Source: Gammaproteobacteria bacterium (GTDB lineage: Bacteria > Pseudomonadota > Gammaproteobacteria > Pseudomonadales > Pseudohongiellaceae). Taken from it: a stretch of 64,000 nt of DNA. The stretch spans positions 42,148-106,147 of the forward strand of contig JAQWTK010000096.1 of assembly GCA_029242705.1 (NCBI GenBank), in the 5' to 3' direction. Shown piece after piece: positions 1-12,366 of the stretch; position 1 is the first letter of the stretch, and every line of letters begins with the position of its first letter. A model generated the notes under the pieces. That model was not told the origin of the DNA. It saw nothing but the letters and a program-made list of their open reading frames with translations, and did no database searches. The position numbers and the translations under genes were made by a program.

Positions 1-1023
1 CCTTTTTTTGGTATTGCTCAAGAGGCAGATTATAGGAAATTTAAGACAAATGACGAAGAAAATAACATTGAAATTTTTAAGCGAGCGAGTCCTTCCGTTG
101 TTCACATTACGAACTCTCGTTTAGTTCGGTCCTTTTATGCATTGAATCCACAAGAAGTCCCGCAGGGAACAGGGACAGGTTTCATTTGGGATAAAGAAGG
201 CTACATTGTTACGAACTTTCATGTGGTCCAGCAAGCAAACGTTGTGACGGTAACTTTACAGGACGGAACCAGTTATGAAGCTGTTCCAGTTGGTTCTGAT
301 CCAGATAAGGACTTGGCTGTATTGCGTATTAATGCGCCTGGTTCGGAGTTGAGTCCAGTTGGCTTAGGTGATTCTTCCTTGCTAGAGGTTGGAAGAAAGG
401 TGATAGCGATCGGCAATCCATTTGGGCTGGATACGACTATGACTGTTGGTGTGGTCAGTGCTCTGGGTCGGGAAATTGATTCTATTAGTCGTCGTAAAAT
501 TAGAGATGTTATTCAAACTGATGCGGCGATTAATCCAGGTAATTCGGGTGGACCTTTATTGAATTCTTTAGGTCAATTGGTTGGTGTGAATACGGCGATT
601 TATAGTCCCAGTGGAGCTAGTTCTGGAATTGGATTCGCGATACCGGTTAATACCATAAAGCGTATTATTCCGGAGTTAATTGCTTACGGGCGCGTACAAA
701 CCCCAATCTTAGGAATCACTCATATTCCTCAGCCGGATTATTACAGAGAGCTTTGGGGTATAGAGGGGGTTATTGTGATGGATGTCGTTCCAGGGGCGGA
801 TCCCGCGAGAGTCGGTATGCGTGGGCTGAGCCGAACTCAGCTGGGCCGAATCCAGTTAGGCGATGTAATCTTTGAAATAGCTGGTCAGGCTGTTTCTAAT
901 GAGGATGACTACGCAAATATTATGGAGCAGCATCGCGCTGGCGATGTAATAAAGATTAAAACCAGGCGCGATAATCTTGTCATGGAATACGATATAGAAT
1001 TAAAAGCGCCGCCAGATAGATAA
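1..1023 (+). CDS. HtrA/DegP-family (S1C) serine endoprotease with one PDZ-like domain; 5' end lies outside the window
   Basis: Frame 1 is open from base 1 (..NIEIFKRASPSVVHITN..), so the track ORF at 142 starts at an internal Met. Catalytic His/Asp/Ser contexts are TNFHVV, DLAVL and GNSGGPL. A C-terminal PDZ-like segment is present (GDVIFEIAGQAV). Confidence 0.85.
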   Translation, partial: PFFGIAQEADYRKFKTNDEENNIEIFKRASPSVVHITNSRLVRSFYALNPQEVPQGTGTGFIWDKEGYIVTNFHVVQQANVVTVTLQDGTSYEAVPVGSDPDKDLAVLRINAPGSELSPVGLGDSSLLEVGRKVIAIGNPFGLDTTMTVGVVSALGREIDSISRRKIRDVIQTDAAINPGNSGGPLLNSLGQLVGVNTAIYSPSGASSGIGFAIPVNTIKRIIPELIAYGRVQTPILGITHIPQPDYYRELWGIEGVIVMDVVPGADPARVGMRGLSRTQLGRIQLGDVIFEIAGQAVSNEDDYANIMEQHRAGDVIKIKTRRDNLVMEYDIELKAPPDR

Positions 1024-1036
1024 ACAATAGGGGCTA

Positions 1037-2440
1037 CTATCGGATCTCTAGGTTAGACCTGGCTGTTTGGACTGCATTTAGGACTTGATTAGGAGCGGTC
1101 CCACCAAAATGGCTGCGTGCATTTACCGATCCTTCTAAAGAAAGAATCGAAAAAACGTCATTTTCAATTAATGGCGAAAATTTGGTTAATTTATCGAGCG
1201 GAACCTCCACTAAATCCAGTCCTTCCTGAATGGCGAGAGATACTACTTTGCCCACTATTTCATGTGCGTCGCGAAAGGGAGTTCCTTTTTTTACTAAGTA
1301 GTCAGCTAAGTCTGTAGCCGTTGCAAAACCCTGAGCGGCTGATAAACGCATAATAGTTTTATTACATTTCATTTTTGGTATTAATTTTTTGTAGGCATAT
1401 AAACAATCCTTTATTGTTTCTATTAAATCAAATAAAGGCTCCTTGTCTTCTTGATTATCTTTATTATAAGCCAAAGGCTGAGATTTCATTAAAGTAATCA
1501 AAGAGACTAGGTGGCCGATTACTCGTCCTGATTTCCCACGCACAAGCTCGGGCACATCAGGATTTTTCTTCTGAGGCATGATAGATGACCCTGTACAAAC
1601 CTCATCGGGTAACTCGATAAAGTTAAATTGTGCAGAGGTCCATAAAACTATTTCCTCAGAAAACCGAGATAAATGAGTCATCAATAGACTGCTTACTGCG
1701 GCTATTTCAATAATAAAGTCCCTATCACTTACTGCGTCTAGAGAATTTGGTATTGGTGAATCAAAACCCAATAAATCAGACGTATACTGCCTATCGACTG
1801 GAAATGTTGTTCCCGCTAACGCTGCACTTCCCAAAGGAGACAGATTGACCCTTTTGCGGCAATCTTGAAATCGCTCGAAGTCTCTATCGAGCATTTCAAA
1901 CCATGCCATCATATGATGGCCAAAGGTTATCGGTTGAGCAACTTGTAAATGTGTGAATCCTGGAATTATTGTATCCACTTCTTTTTCTGCTAAATCTAGC
2001 AAGCACTTTTGGACATCAGTAATTAGATTGGAAACCTGATCTATCTGATCTCTCGTATACAATCTAATATCTGTAGCTACTTGGTCATTTCGGGATCTAG
2101 CGGTATGAAGTTTTTTACCTATTTCGCCAATTTTTTCGGTAAGAGCAGCTTCGATGTTCATATGAATATCTTCTAATTTTACCGACCAATCGAATTCATC
2201 ATTCGCAATTTTTTTTGCTATATCTTCAAGTCCTTCTATAATTTTTAATTTTTCTTCTTCAGTTATTATGCCCGCTTTAGCTAACATTTTTGCATGTGCA
2301 ATAGATCCCACAATGTCATATTGATAGAGACGTTTGTCGAATGAAATAGAAGCTGTGAACCGCTCTACAAAAGCATCCGTGCCTTCTGAAAACCTGCCGC
2401 CCCATATCTTTCCTTTTTTTTGTGGTTCTTTATTTTCCAT
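1037..2440 (-). CDS. argH: Argininosuccinate lyase
   Basis: Fumarate-lyase signature [12 protein letters not shown] and an N-terminal WGGRFSE as in ArgH. The track start at 2452 is GTG; the first ATG (MENKEP) is at 2440. Confidence 0.9.
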   Translation of the reverse strand: MENKEPQKKGKIWGGRFSEGTDAFVERFTASISFDKRLYQYDIVGSIAHAKMLAKAGIITEEEKLKIIEGLEDIAKKIANDEFDWSVKLEDIHMNIEAALTEKIGEIGKKLHTARSRNDQVATDIRLYTRDQIDQVSNLITDVQKCLLDLAEKEVDTIIPGFTHLQVAQPITFGHHMMAWFEMLDRDFERFQDCRKRVNLSPLGSAALAGTTFPVDRQYTSDLLGFDSPIPNSLDAVSDRDFIIEIAAVSSLLMTHLSRFSEEIVLWTSAQFNFIELPDEVCTGSSIMPQKKNPDVPELVRGKSGRVIGHLVSLITLMKSQPLAYNKDNQEDKEPLFDLIETIKDCLYAYKKLIPKMKCNKTIMRLSAAQGFATATDLADYLVKKGTPFRDAHEIVGKVVSLAIQEGLDLVEVPLDKLTKFSPLIENDVFSILSLEGSVNARSHFGGTAPNQVLNAVQTARSNLEIR

Positions 2441-2616
2441 CGCTATGATCACAAAGTGTGTTTACCTAAAAAGTCTTGGGATTATAACAGGATAGTAATC
2501 GCTAAATAAGAAAATTATATGTAGTTTAAAATGCCATTTGATTCTCAAAGACCAGACAAAACCCTATATTTGCCTTAGAATAAGATAGGTTACGGTCATT
2601 TAAGTAAAGCAAACTG

Positions 2617-3543
2617 ATGATTCAATCGACTTTGCGTATTGCGACACGGAAGAGTCCTTTAGCCCTTTGGCAGGCGAATTTTGTGAAAAACGCGCTGCAG
2701 TCAATTCATGGCGATTTGGCTGTTGAGTTAATTCCAATGAGCACTAGGGGCGACAAAATTCTTGATAGCCCGCTTGCGAAAGTGGGGGGCAAGGCATTGT
2801 TTGTTAAAGAGCTTGAAAATGCAATTTTAAATGACCAAGCCGACATAGCGGTTCACTCAATGAAAGATGTCCCAATGGAATTCCCAAAAGGTCTCGAATT
2901 AGCTGTGATATGTGAACGAGAGGACCCCAGTGATGCTTTTGTTTCTAATAACTATGCCACTATTGCAAAGCTCCCAAGCGGAGCTAAGATAGGGACATCA
3001 AGCTTTCGTAGGCAATGTCAACTTAACTATACAAGGCCAGACCTAGACATATGTGATCTTCGAGGAAATGTTGGAACCCGCATAGAAAAGCTTGATAGAG
3101 GAGATTATGACGCTATTATTCTGGCAAGCGCAGGTCTAATTCGTTTACAACTTGGTGAACGAATTGAGAGCCGTCTCTCTTTTGAACATTCTTTGCCAGC
3201 CGGTGGTCAAGGTGCTGTAGGTATTGAATGCCGTATCGATGATGTCAAGACTTTGACACTTATCAATTGCTTAAATCATCAACCGACTGCTACCAGGGTT
3301 TTAGCAGAAAGAGAGGTTAATAAAAGATTACAGGGTGGTTGTCAGGTTCCTATAGCGAGTTATGCAGAATTTCGAGATGATGGCCTTTGGTTACGGGCAT
3401 TAGTAGGAACGATTGATGGTAGTCGCATAATTCGAAGTGAGTGTGTTGACAACTCCAGTCGAGCAAAAAAAATTGGGCGTAAAGTTGCAGAAGATTTGCT
3501 TTCACAGGGTGCCGGAGAAATATTAGAGACTTTGAGAGTTTAA
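2617..3543 (+). CDS. hemC: Porphobilinogen deaminase (hydroxymethylbilane synthase)
   Basis: N-terminus [15 protein letters not shown] and full-length collinearity with HemC. It heads a hemC-hemD-hemX-hemY block. Confidence 0.92.
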   Translation: MIQSTLRIATRKSPLALWQANFVKNALQSIHGDLAVELIPMSTRGDKILDSPLAKVGGKALFVKELENAILNDQADIAVHSMKDVPMEFPKGLELAVICEREDPSDAFVSNNYATIAKLPSGAKIGTSSFRRQCQLNYTRPDLDICDLRGNVGTRIEKLDRGDYDAIILASAGLIRLQLGERIESRLSFEHSLPAGGQGAVGIECRIDDVKTLTLINCLNHQPTATRVLAEREVNKRLQGGCQVPIASYAEFRDDGLWLRALVGTIDGSRIIRSECVDNSSRAKKIGRKVAEDLLSQGAGEILETLRV

Positions 3544-3560
3544 TATTACAAGTAAATATT

Positions 3561-4376
3561 ATGATTTCTGATTCGCTTAATGGGGTAAATGTTCTTGTGA
3601 CACGACCGCGACTACAACAACAATTACTTAGTTCATTTGTCGAAAGTTATGGTGGAGTTGCCGCGAATTTCCCTCTTATGGAAATAGAGCCCTTAACAGG
3701 CGCAACCATTCTAGAACCTCTAAAATGTAAACTTACAAGTCTAAATAATTATCATCGTCTTATTTTTGTTAGTACTAATGCCGTGGAGTATGGAGCGAAG
3801 TTGATAAATGAATTCTGGCCTCAACTACCAGAAAGTATTGACGTTATAGCAATAGGCCCAAGCACAGCCCGTATGGCTTCGGCCGAGCTAGCATGTAAAG
3901 TATTCCATTCTAAAGCAGGCTCGAGTAGCGCAGATGTGTTATTACTACCGCAATTAGTGAATGTTAAGGATCTTAAAATAGCGATAGTGCGCGGGGTTGG
4001 TGGCCTAGAATTACTAGCGAATACACTTAGGGATAGAGGGGCGGAGGTCGATTATCTGGAGGTCTACCGCCGTTTTCCAACTCACCAACCAGCAGAAGAT
4101 CTGTTTAAAATAATCCGAGAGCTTGATGTGAATGTTTTCTCTATAACTAGTGGAGAATCTTTAGAGAAACTTAACGAATTACTTTTAGAAAATAATGAGC
4201 CAGAAATATACTTTCGTAACATACCAGTTGTCGTGCCATCAGATAGATTATTCTGTATGGCAGAACAATTTGGGTTTAAAACTGTCAAATTAGCAAAGGG
4301 AGCAGATGCAGAATCTACTATTATTGCATTGCAAGAACTTGCTATCGGAGCCGACAAAATAGATAGTGGTAGATAA
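3561..4376 (+). CDS. hemD: Uroporphyrinogen-III synthase
   Basis: Lies immediately after hemC. Has the N-terminal VLVTRP motif and a typical HemD length. Confidence 0.8.
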   Translation: MISDSLNGVNVLVTRPRLQQQLLSSFVESYGGVAANFPLMEIEPLTGATILEPLKCKLTSLNNYHRLIFVSTNAVEYGAKLINEFWPQLPESIDVIAIGPSTARMASAELACKVFHSKAGSSSADVLLLPQLVNVKDLKIAIVRGVGGLELLANTLRDRGAEVDYLEVYRRFPTHQPAEDLFKIIRELDVNVFSITSGESLEKLNELLLENNEPEIYFRNIPVVVPSDRLFCMAEQFGFKTVKLAKGADAESTIIALQELAIGADKIDSGR

Positions 4377-4424
4377 TTGAATATATTCTTATTTTAATAA
4401 TTTTCTGATGATAGAGATTGACTT

Positions 4425-5519
4425 GTGGTAGACCAAGCGGAAACACCGCAAATACTTGATGAAATAGCTAAAGCTAGTTCAAAAGCAGACTTTCGTCCAA
4501 GGAATAAAAAAAATGCTAGACGTCGATTTATCATCGTTTCTGTATTTTTCTTAGTCATCATTGGTTTAGTTGGTTACTTGGGCTGGAGGCAAATCCATTT
4601 TCAGCAAAGTCTGGTTAATCTTGTGATTGAAAACCAAGAACTAAAAGCTGCTATCGAAAGCCAAGAATCTGAAATAGCGCTTATGCGAGAAGAGATTTTC
4701 CAGGCAGACACCACTCAAGAGGTGGATCAAAATTTAAAACTTGAACTAGAAAGATTAAGTCAACAATTCGACGACTTGCAATCTCAGCGAGTAACACAAA
4801 ATTATGAGCCTAATTTTGATTGGAAAATCTCTGAAGCGACATTTTATGTGAGAATGGCAAATCAAAAATTACAATTACAGGGGGATATTGCTGCAACTAT
4901 TACCTTGATTGAAAATGCGGACATTGCGTTAGTAGACTCTGGTAATAATAATGTATTTTTAATAAGGGAAGCTTTAGCCTCAAGTTTGGCTGAACTTCGC
5001 GGTGTCGAAGTGATCGATAGAGAGGGCATATTTATTAGGTTGGGATACATACGTAATCAAGTAGAGCAGATTAAATTATTAGGAGAGCAGAGAGGAAATT
5101 TTAAAAATCAAGCCGCTAACAATTTAGCTATAGTAGATGGGGAAAATAACATGACAAACGTATTGAATCCCCTGTTCAATTTTTTTTCTTCTGCTTTCGT
5201 ATTTAGAAAATGGGAAGATAATTCAGAACTAATTTTTGCAGCAGGCCAACCTGACTTAATTAGACAAAATATATATATGATGTTGGAGCAAGCGAGGTTT
5301 GCTGTAATCGCGAAAAATAACTTGCTTTATCAGCAGAGTATAACAAGCAGTAAGAGGTGGCTTGAAAAATATGGAATGTCCGACCCTTCTCTCAGAGAGT
5401 CGATTATGGACGACATAGAAACTCTGGCATCAATCGATATTGATCCTCCGGCACCTAATCTTAATGAATCACTACGTTTAATAAATCAATTAAAACCTGT
5501 TGTTACATTTCCACGATGA
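4425..5519 (+). CDS. hemX: HemX-like membrane protein
   Basis: One N-terminal TM helix (FIIVSVFFLVIIGLVGYLGW) followed by a coiled-coil-rich region. Sits between hemD and hemY. GTG start. Confidence 0.7.
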   Translation: MVDQAETPQILDEIAKASSKADFRPRNKKNARRRFIIVSVFFLVIIGLVGYLGWRQIHFQQSLVNLVIENQELKAAIESQESEIALMREEIFQADTTQEVDQNLKLELERLSQQFDDLQSQRVTQNYEPNFDWKISEATFYVRMANQKLQLQGDIAATITLIENADIALVDSGNNNVFLIREALASSLAELRGVEVIDREGIFIRLGYIRNQVEQIKLLGEQRGNFKNQAANNLAIVDGENNMTNVLNPLFNFFSSAFVFRKWEDNSELIFAAGQPDLIRQNIYMMLEQARFAVIAKNNLLYQQSITSSKRWLEKYGMSDPSLRESIMDDIETLASIDIDPPAPNLNESLRLINQLKPVVTFPR

Positions 5520-6775
5520 TTCGCTTATTTTTGCTTAGCCTATTAACCATCGTTGGCGTACTTTGGTTAACTTTATATATTGGTTTTCCTGATGATCCAG
5601 GGTATTTATTGGTTGCTTTTGATAGTTATACGTTTGAAACAAGTTTGTTGGCTTTTTTAGTTGCCATTATTTTTGGATATATATTAATAAAGTTAGTTGC
5701 CTTGGCGCTCAAATCAGTAAATCCTCTCCGTTTTATAAGGCTTACGCGATCCATTAGTGATCGAATAAGGACTAAATCTAGAAGCGATACTTTAGAGGGG
5801 CTGCTCTATTTTGCTCGGGGTAATTGGCGGTCTAGTTATAATCTTTTAACTAAGAGCATTAATGACCAAGACGGAAGCGTCATTAATTTATTGGCAGCTA
5901 GTTATGCAGCGCATAAAGCTGAGGAAGAAGATGCTAGTATGAAATGTCTAGACGAAGCTGAAGCTAAGTATCCAGAAATAATTTCTACAATAAACCTAAT
6001 GAGAGCCAAACTTCTATATGAATCAGGGCATGCAGAGCAAGCCGCGCTAATATTGAAGGAGTTTAAAAATGCCTCACCAAATGATATAGGGCTCTTAAAA
6101 GTCTCTAAAGATGTATATGAAAAACTTGAAAACTGGAGTGCTTTGAAAAAGCTGATTCCTAAGCTCGAGAAATATAAAGCTATTAATTCGGAGGAGCTTG
6201 AAAAAATTCAAATGCGGATATTTGTAGAAGAGCTTTATCAAACAAGTGGAGAAGACGAAGATAAAAATGGAAGAGAGGCTCACTTAAATTTGAAAAAAGC
6301 ATGGAAAAAAGGACCTTTGAGATTTCGCGTTAATGAGAGAGTAGTTAATCATTATGCCAACCTGCTAATTAAATCAAATGCTAAGGACGATGCTTCTGTT
6401 GCTATAGAAAAAGCAATTTCAAAAGAATGGAGTAATTTATTAGTGAGCTCCTATGGCAAACTAGACTTTGCTAACTGTGAACAACAGTTGAAAGCAGCGG
6501 AGAAATGGCTGAAGAAAAGACCAGCTGATGCAAATCTATTATTAAGTCTTGGTCGAATTTCCATGAAAAATAAGCTCTGGGAAAAAGCAAAAAAGTATTT
6601 TGAAGAAAGTATACGGTTATCGCCTTCTGCCGAAGCTTATGGGGAATTGAACAGAATGCTTAAATATCTTAGTGAGGACGAGGTTAACGAAGAATTTTTG
6701 CGAAATTATACGGATTTTATTGACGGCCAATTACCCGAAATCTCTTTAGTCGATAGAAACGAAATCGTGCAGTAA
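5516..6775 (+). CDS. hemY: HemY-like membrane TPR protein
   Basis: Two N-terminal TM helices with a TPR-like remainder. ATGA start/stop overlap with hemX. Confidence 0.75.
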   Translation: MIRLFLLSLLTIVGVLWLTLYIGFPDDPGYLLVAFDSYTFETSLLAFLVAIIFGYILIKLVALALKSVNPLRFIRLTRSISDRIRTKSRSDTLEGLLYFARGNWRSSYNLLTKSINDQDGSVINLLAASYAAHKAEEEDASMKCLDEAEAKYPEIISTINLMRAKLLYESGHAEQAALILKEFKNASPNDIGLLKVSKDVYEKLENWSALKKLIPKLEKYKAINSEELEKIQMRIFVEELYQTSGEDEDKNGREAHLNLKKAWKKGPLRFRVNERVVNHYANLLIKSNAKDDASVAIEKAISKEWSNLLVSSYGKLDFANCEQQLKAAEKWLKKRPADANLLLSLGRISMKNKLWEKAKKYFEESIRLSPSAEAYGELNRMLKYLSEDEVNEEFLRNYTDFIDGQLPEISLVDRNEIVQ

Positions 6776-8242
6776 TTATTTAATCCCAAGACTATCCCAG
6801 AGCATGTCGATCTTGTGTTTTATATCTGTACTCATTTCCATTGGTTTACCCCAGGTTCGATTTGTTTCTCCTTCCGATTTATTTGTGGCATCCAATCCCA
6901 TCTTGGAGCCCAAGCCAGATACAGGCGACGCAAAATCTAAATAATCGATCGGGGTATTATCAATCAATACGGTGTCACGAATTGGATCCATGCGCGTTGT
7001 GATAGCCCATATTACATCTTCCCATTGTCGTATATTGATATCATCGTCGACGACAACAATAAATTTGGTGTACATAAATTGACGGAGAAAAGACCAGATA
7101 CCCATCATGACTCGTTTTGCATGACCGGGATATTTCTTTTTCATGCTAACTATTGCCATGCGGTAAGAACACCCTTCAGGTGGCAGGTAGAAATCTTGAA
7201 TTTCTGGGAATTGTTTTTGTAACAAGGGTACAAAAACCTCATTCAATGCGACACCTAACATTGCGGGTTCATCTGGAGGCCTTCCCGTATAAGTGCTGTG
7301 ATAGATCGGGTTTTTCCGATGAGTAATTCTTTTTACGGTAAATACTGGAAAATTTTCTACTTCGTTGTAGTATCCAGTATGATCGCCAAATGGCCCTTCC
7401 TCAGCTAGTTCATCTAGTTCAATGTGGCCTTCAAGAACTATTTCTGCACTGGCTGGCACTTGTAACTCGTTCGTTTGTGATTTTATAACTTCAGTTTTAC
7501 TTCCCCGAAGCAATCCTGCAAATGCGTATTCTGATAGAGTGTCTGGTACCGGGGTTACAGTCGCCAACATCGTAGCCGGGTCGGCACCTAGTGCTATCGA
7601 AACAGGAAAGGCTTTAGTTGGATATTTTGCCTTCCAGTCTTGGAAGTCTAGTGCACCGCCACGATGTGAGAGCCAACGCATAATAAGTTTGTTGGGCCCA
7701 AGCAATTGCATTCGGTAGATTCCTAGATTTTGCCTTTCTTTTTCTGGACCTTTCGTAATAACTAATGGCCAAGTTACTAATGGTCCGGCATCTCCCGGCC
7801 ACGGAGTTTGAATTGGCAATGTTCCGAGATCGACATCTTTTTCTTCAATAACAATTTCCTGGCATGGTGCTGATTTTTTCACATTCGGAGAAATATTAAG
7901 AACGTTTTTGTAACTTGGAAGGCTTTGCCAGAGATCTTTCCAACCAGAAGGTGGTTTTGGCTCTTTTAAGAAAGCTAAAAGATTCCCGACGTCCCGTAGG
8001 CCATCTAAGTTCTCTTGACCCATACCCATAGCAATACGGCGAGTATTGCCAAATAAATTAGCTAATAAAGGCAGAGAAGATCCTTTTACATTTTCAAAAA
8101 GGAGAGCAGGCCCGCCGAGTCGTAAGGTCCGGTCAGATATTTCTGTTATCTCCAACACTGGACTAACTTCTTCGCGTATTCTCTTTAGTTCACCCTCTTT
8201 TTCAAGAAGGTCTATAAAGTCACGTAAATCTTTAAATGGCAT
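6776..8242 (-). CDS. ubiD: UbiD-family 4-hydroxy-3-polyprenylbenzoate decarboxylase
   Basis: N-terminus [44 protein letters not shown] closely parallels E. coli UbiD. 488 aa. Confidence 0.9.
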   Translation of the reverse strand: MPFKDLRDFIDLLEKEGELKRIREEVSPVLEITEISDRTLRLGGPALLFENVKGSSLPLLANLFGNTRRIAMGMGQENLDGLRDVGNLLAFLKEPKPPSGWKDLWQSLPSYKNVLNISPNVKKSAPCQEIVIEEKDVDLGTLPIQTPWPGDAGPLVTWPLVITKGPEKERQNLGIYRMQLLGPNKLIMRWLSHRGGALDFQDWKAKYPTKAFPVSIALGADPATMLATVTPVPDTLSEYAFAGLLRGSKTEVIKSQTNELQVPASAEIVLEGHIELDELAEEGPFGDHTGYYNEVENFPVFTVKRITHRKNPIYHSTYTGRPPDEPAMLGVALNEVFVPLLQKQFPEIQDFYLPPEGCSYRMAIVSMKKKYPGHAKRVMMGIWSFLRQFMYTKFIVVVDDDINIRQWEDVIWAITTRMDPIRDTVLIDNTPIDYLDFASPVSGLGSKMGLDATNKSEGETNRTWGKPMEMSTDIKHKIDMLWDSLGIK

Positions 8243-8298
8243 CTAGTGATTCTTAAAAGCGGAGTTTTTCAAAGTAATTGGAGTAGTATAAAGGAGCA

Positions 8299-9558
8299 CT
8301 AACTCCTCTTCATGGAGTTGAAAAATTCGTCATTGGTTTTAGTAGCTTTCAGTTTATCTAGAATAAATTCTGTCGCTTGGACATCTTCCATAGAACTTAA
8401 GAGCTTGCGGAGTATCCACATACGTTGAAGCTCTTCCTCACCTGTCAGTAAATCTTCTCTTCTCGTTCCAGATCTGCGTACATTGATTGCTGGGTAAATA
8501 CGTTTTTCTGCAACCTTGCGATCAAGGTGCAATTCCATATTTCCTGTGCCCTTAAATTCTTCGTAGATGACTTCATCCATTTTGGAGCCTGTTTCAACTA
8601 ATGCAGTTGCAATAATTGTCAAAGAACCTCCTTCCTCAAGATTTCTCGCTGCACCAAAAAAACGCTTTGGTCTTTCTAATGCATGAGCATCAACGCCACC
8701 TGTTAATACTTTTCCGGAAGATGGAATTACTGTGTTGTAAGCTCGCGCTAAACGCGTTATTGAGTCTAGAAGAATTACAACATCTTCCTTATGTTCAACC
8801 AATCTTTTTGCTTTCTCTATTACCATATCTGCCACTTGCACATGACGTGAGGGCGGTTCATCGAATGTGCTTGCAACTACCTCCCCCCGCACCGACCGCT
8901 GCATTTCCGTAACTTCTTCGGGTCTTTCGTCGATAAGCAGAACAATGAGTCTAACTTCTGGATTATTCTTTGCGATGGATTGAGCAATGTTTTGAAGGAT
9001 TAAAGTTTTACCCGCTTTAGGTGGAGAAACGATAAGTCCTCGCTGGCCCTTGCCAATAGGTGCCGTTAAGTCAATTACGCGCGCGCTTAAATCTTCGGTA
9101 CTGCCATTACCTAATTGAAGTTCTAATCGATCTTGCGGGAAAAGTGGCGTTAGATTTTCAAAGAGGATTTTATTTTTAGAGCTTTCTGGCTTACTAAAAT
9201 TGATTTCGCTGATTTTAAGAAGAGCGAAATAACGCTCCCCATCTTTCGGCGGTCTTATCTTGCCAGCGACCGTGTCGCCTGTCCTTAAATTGAATCTGCG
9301 AATTTGACTTGGCGAAACATATATATCGTCTGGCCCCGCTAGATAGGAAGAGTCTGCTGAGCGAAGGAAACCAAAGCCATCTTGAAGAATCTCTAACACT
9401 CCATCTCCGTATATATCTTCTCCATTTTTCGCGTGTTTTTTTAAAATGACAAAGATAATGTCCTGTTTTCTTGATCGAGAAATATTCTCTAATCCCATCT
9501 CATGAGCAGTTTTAAGAAGTTCGGCGATGGGTTTTTGTTTGAGTTCTGTTAAGTTCAT
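8299..9558 (-). CDS. rho: Transcription termination factor Rho
   Basis: 419 aa with an N-terminal MNLTELK..., an RNA-binding domain and Walker [13 protein letters not shown]. Sits downstream of trxA as in E. coli. Confidence 0.95.
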   Translation of the reverse strand: MNLTELKQKPIAELLKTAHEMGLENISRSRKQDIIFVILKKHAKNGEDIYGDGVLEILQDGFGFLRSADSSYLAGPDDIYVSPSQIRRFNLRTGDTVAGKIRPPKDGERYFALLKISEINFSKPESSKNKILFENLTPLFPQDRLELQLGNGSTEDLSARVIDLTAPIGKGQRGLIVSPPKAGKTLILQNIAQSIAKNNPEVRLIVLLIDERPEEVTEMQRSVRGEVVASTFDEPPSRHVQVADMVIEKAKRLVEHKEDVVILLDSITRLARAYNTVIPSSGKVLTGGVDAHALERPKRFFGAARNLEEGGSLTIIATALVETGSKMDEVIYEEFKGTGNMELHLDRKVAEKRIYPAINVRRSGTRREDLLTGEEELQRMWILRKLLSSMEDVQATEFILDKLKATKTNDEFFNSMKRS

Positions 9559-10002
9559 AGTAGAAGTTCTATTTTTTAATTAAAATTATTTATACTTAGT
9601 GGTTTTTTTTGAATAGATCGTCTAATAAAAAGTGAGACGAGTCGCGATGCATAAATGGGTAAAACTTTGGGAATTGGTTATTGAATAAAAAGGGTTAGCG
9701 AATTATCAATTTGCAGAGTAGAAATTTACTTTATGGAATGCTTTTTAAATTTTTATCCCGATTATTTTTATGTTACTTATTTTTAGATTTTTCTATTTAT
9801 TAATGCAGCCCTTTCTTTGATAAAGGACATTATAAAATACAGTTGTTCTTTTTTAAATCTTCACAAAGTGCCTAAAATACCGCAATAGCCTATTTGTTAA
9901 TTGGCTTGAGTTACAAAAATATACTTATTATTTTGTTATTTTCCAGATACTTGCGTATTTTTGGCGCCTTGCCGATCAGCGAGACAACACATTAAACGCA
10001 AT

Positions 10003-10329
10003 TTAAATCGCGCTGTCAATAAACTCTGTAAGTTGAGATCTTGAAAGGGCGCCAACTTTTGTGCCTGCTAGCTCACCATTATTGAATAGAATTAGTGTAG
10101 GAATACCCCGGATACCATATTTAGGTGCTGTATCGGGATTAGCGTCAACATCCATCTTACATACTTTTAGTTTTTCACCATATTCATCCGCAAGCTCTTC
10201 TAAAACGGGAGCTATCATTTTGCAGGGGCCGCACCACTCTGCCCAAAAGTCTACCAGAACTGGACCTTCGGCCTTCAAAACGTCTTGGTCAAAACTGTCG
10301 TCCGAAACGTGAACGATATTGTCGCTCAT
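10003..10329 (-). CDS. trxA: Thioredoxin 1
   Basis: 108 aa with the WCGPC active site and a GIRGIPTL cis-Pro loop. Confidence 0.95.
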   Translation of the reverse strand: MSDNIVHVSDDSFDQDVLKAEGPVLVDFWAEWCGPCKMIAPVLEELADEYGEKLKVCKMDVDANPDTAPKYGIRGIPTLILFNNGELAGTKVGALSRSQLTEFIDSAI

Positions 10330-10478
10330 ATATTCATTCCTTATATCTATTAAATCAATAGCTCTGCATTCTTAAATTCTTGATCAATTTCGCTTATAAT
10401 AAAGAGAATTATTTAGGATTCAAGAGGTCAATACGTAAAATTTTTCGTTTAAAAAAACTTATAGCCTAGGAGTACTTA

Positions 10479-11489
<1,011 letters not shown>

Positions 11490-11673
11490 TTAGGAATCTC
11501 TTAACTTATGAATAGTAACGCTTTATATTTGTTGTGGAATGCGATCTTGGGCTTCCTATGGTTTGACCATAACAGAGTTATATCATATCAAATCTGGAAA
11601 ACAAGAAGAATGAGACGAGCTAGGCAGCTTTTCGAATTCTGAAATAGTAGTTTATTTTGTCAAAGGATGCTTC

Positions 11674-12366
11674 ATGTATAAGATCAAAATATTGATTATC
11701 GCCATGATTGTAGTTGCAATCTGCAGTTATTATTATTTTAATTTGGAAAAATTTCTTAGTCTGGAGTATGTTCAGTCGCACTTAGATTTCATGAAAGTTT
11801 ATAAACAGCAGCATTTTGAGGTTTTTGCTGCTATCTTTTTTCTGACTTATATTGTGGTTACAGCGCTTTCTATTCCGGGAGCATTGATACTTACAATAAC
11901 CAGTGGAGCACTCTTTGGGTTGTTTTGGGGTATTATAATTTCTTCATTTGCTAGCAGTATCGGTGCGACTTTGGCTTTCTTGGCTTCACGCTTAATACTG
12001 AGAGAGTGGGTACAAAATAAATATAGAGATTACTTGATTCCTATTAATAAAGGCATTGAGAAAGAAGGAGCCTTTTATCTATTTAGTATTCGCATGATCC
12101 CTTTATTCCCTTTTTTCGTTACTAACCTTCTGATGGGATTAACATCGATTAGCGTGTCATCATTTTATTTGGTAAGTCAGATAGGCATGTTTCTTGGCAC
12201 TATTGTATATGTAAATGCTGGCACCGAATTATCAAAGATCACCTCTCTTTCTGGATTGCTAAGTACCCCAATACTACTTTCATTCGCTTTTCTTGGTATG
12301 TTGCCACTTGTAACGAAATACATTGTTAGTTTTATTCGACAAAGGAATCATGAAAAAATTCACTAA
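11674..12366 (+). CDS. DedA/TVP38 (SNARE-associated) family membrane protein
   Basis: Polytopic membrane protein with DedA-like spacing of helices around the segment ALSIPGALILTITSGALFG. Confidence 0.75.
   Translation: MYKIKILIIAMIVVAICSYYYFNLEKFLSLEYVQSHLDFMKVYKQQHFEVFAAIFFLTYIVVTALSIPGALILTITSGALFGLFWGIIISSFASSIGATLAFLASRLILREWVQNKYRDYLIPINKGIEKEGAFYLFSIRMIPLFPFFVTNLLMGLTSISVSSFYLVSQIGMFLGTIVYVNAGTELSKITSLSGLLSTPILLSFAFLGMLPLVTKYIVSFIRQRNHEKIH

Noticed and set aside
6773-6778. hemY and ubiD stop codons abut (TAA|TTA) with no intergenic terminator
   Set aside because: This is a real observation, but it is just compact convergent packing and gives no evidence of a special element.
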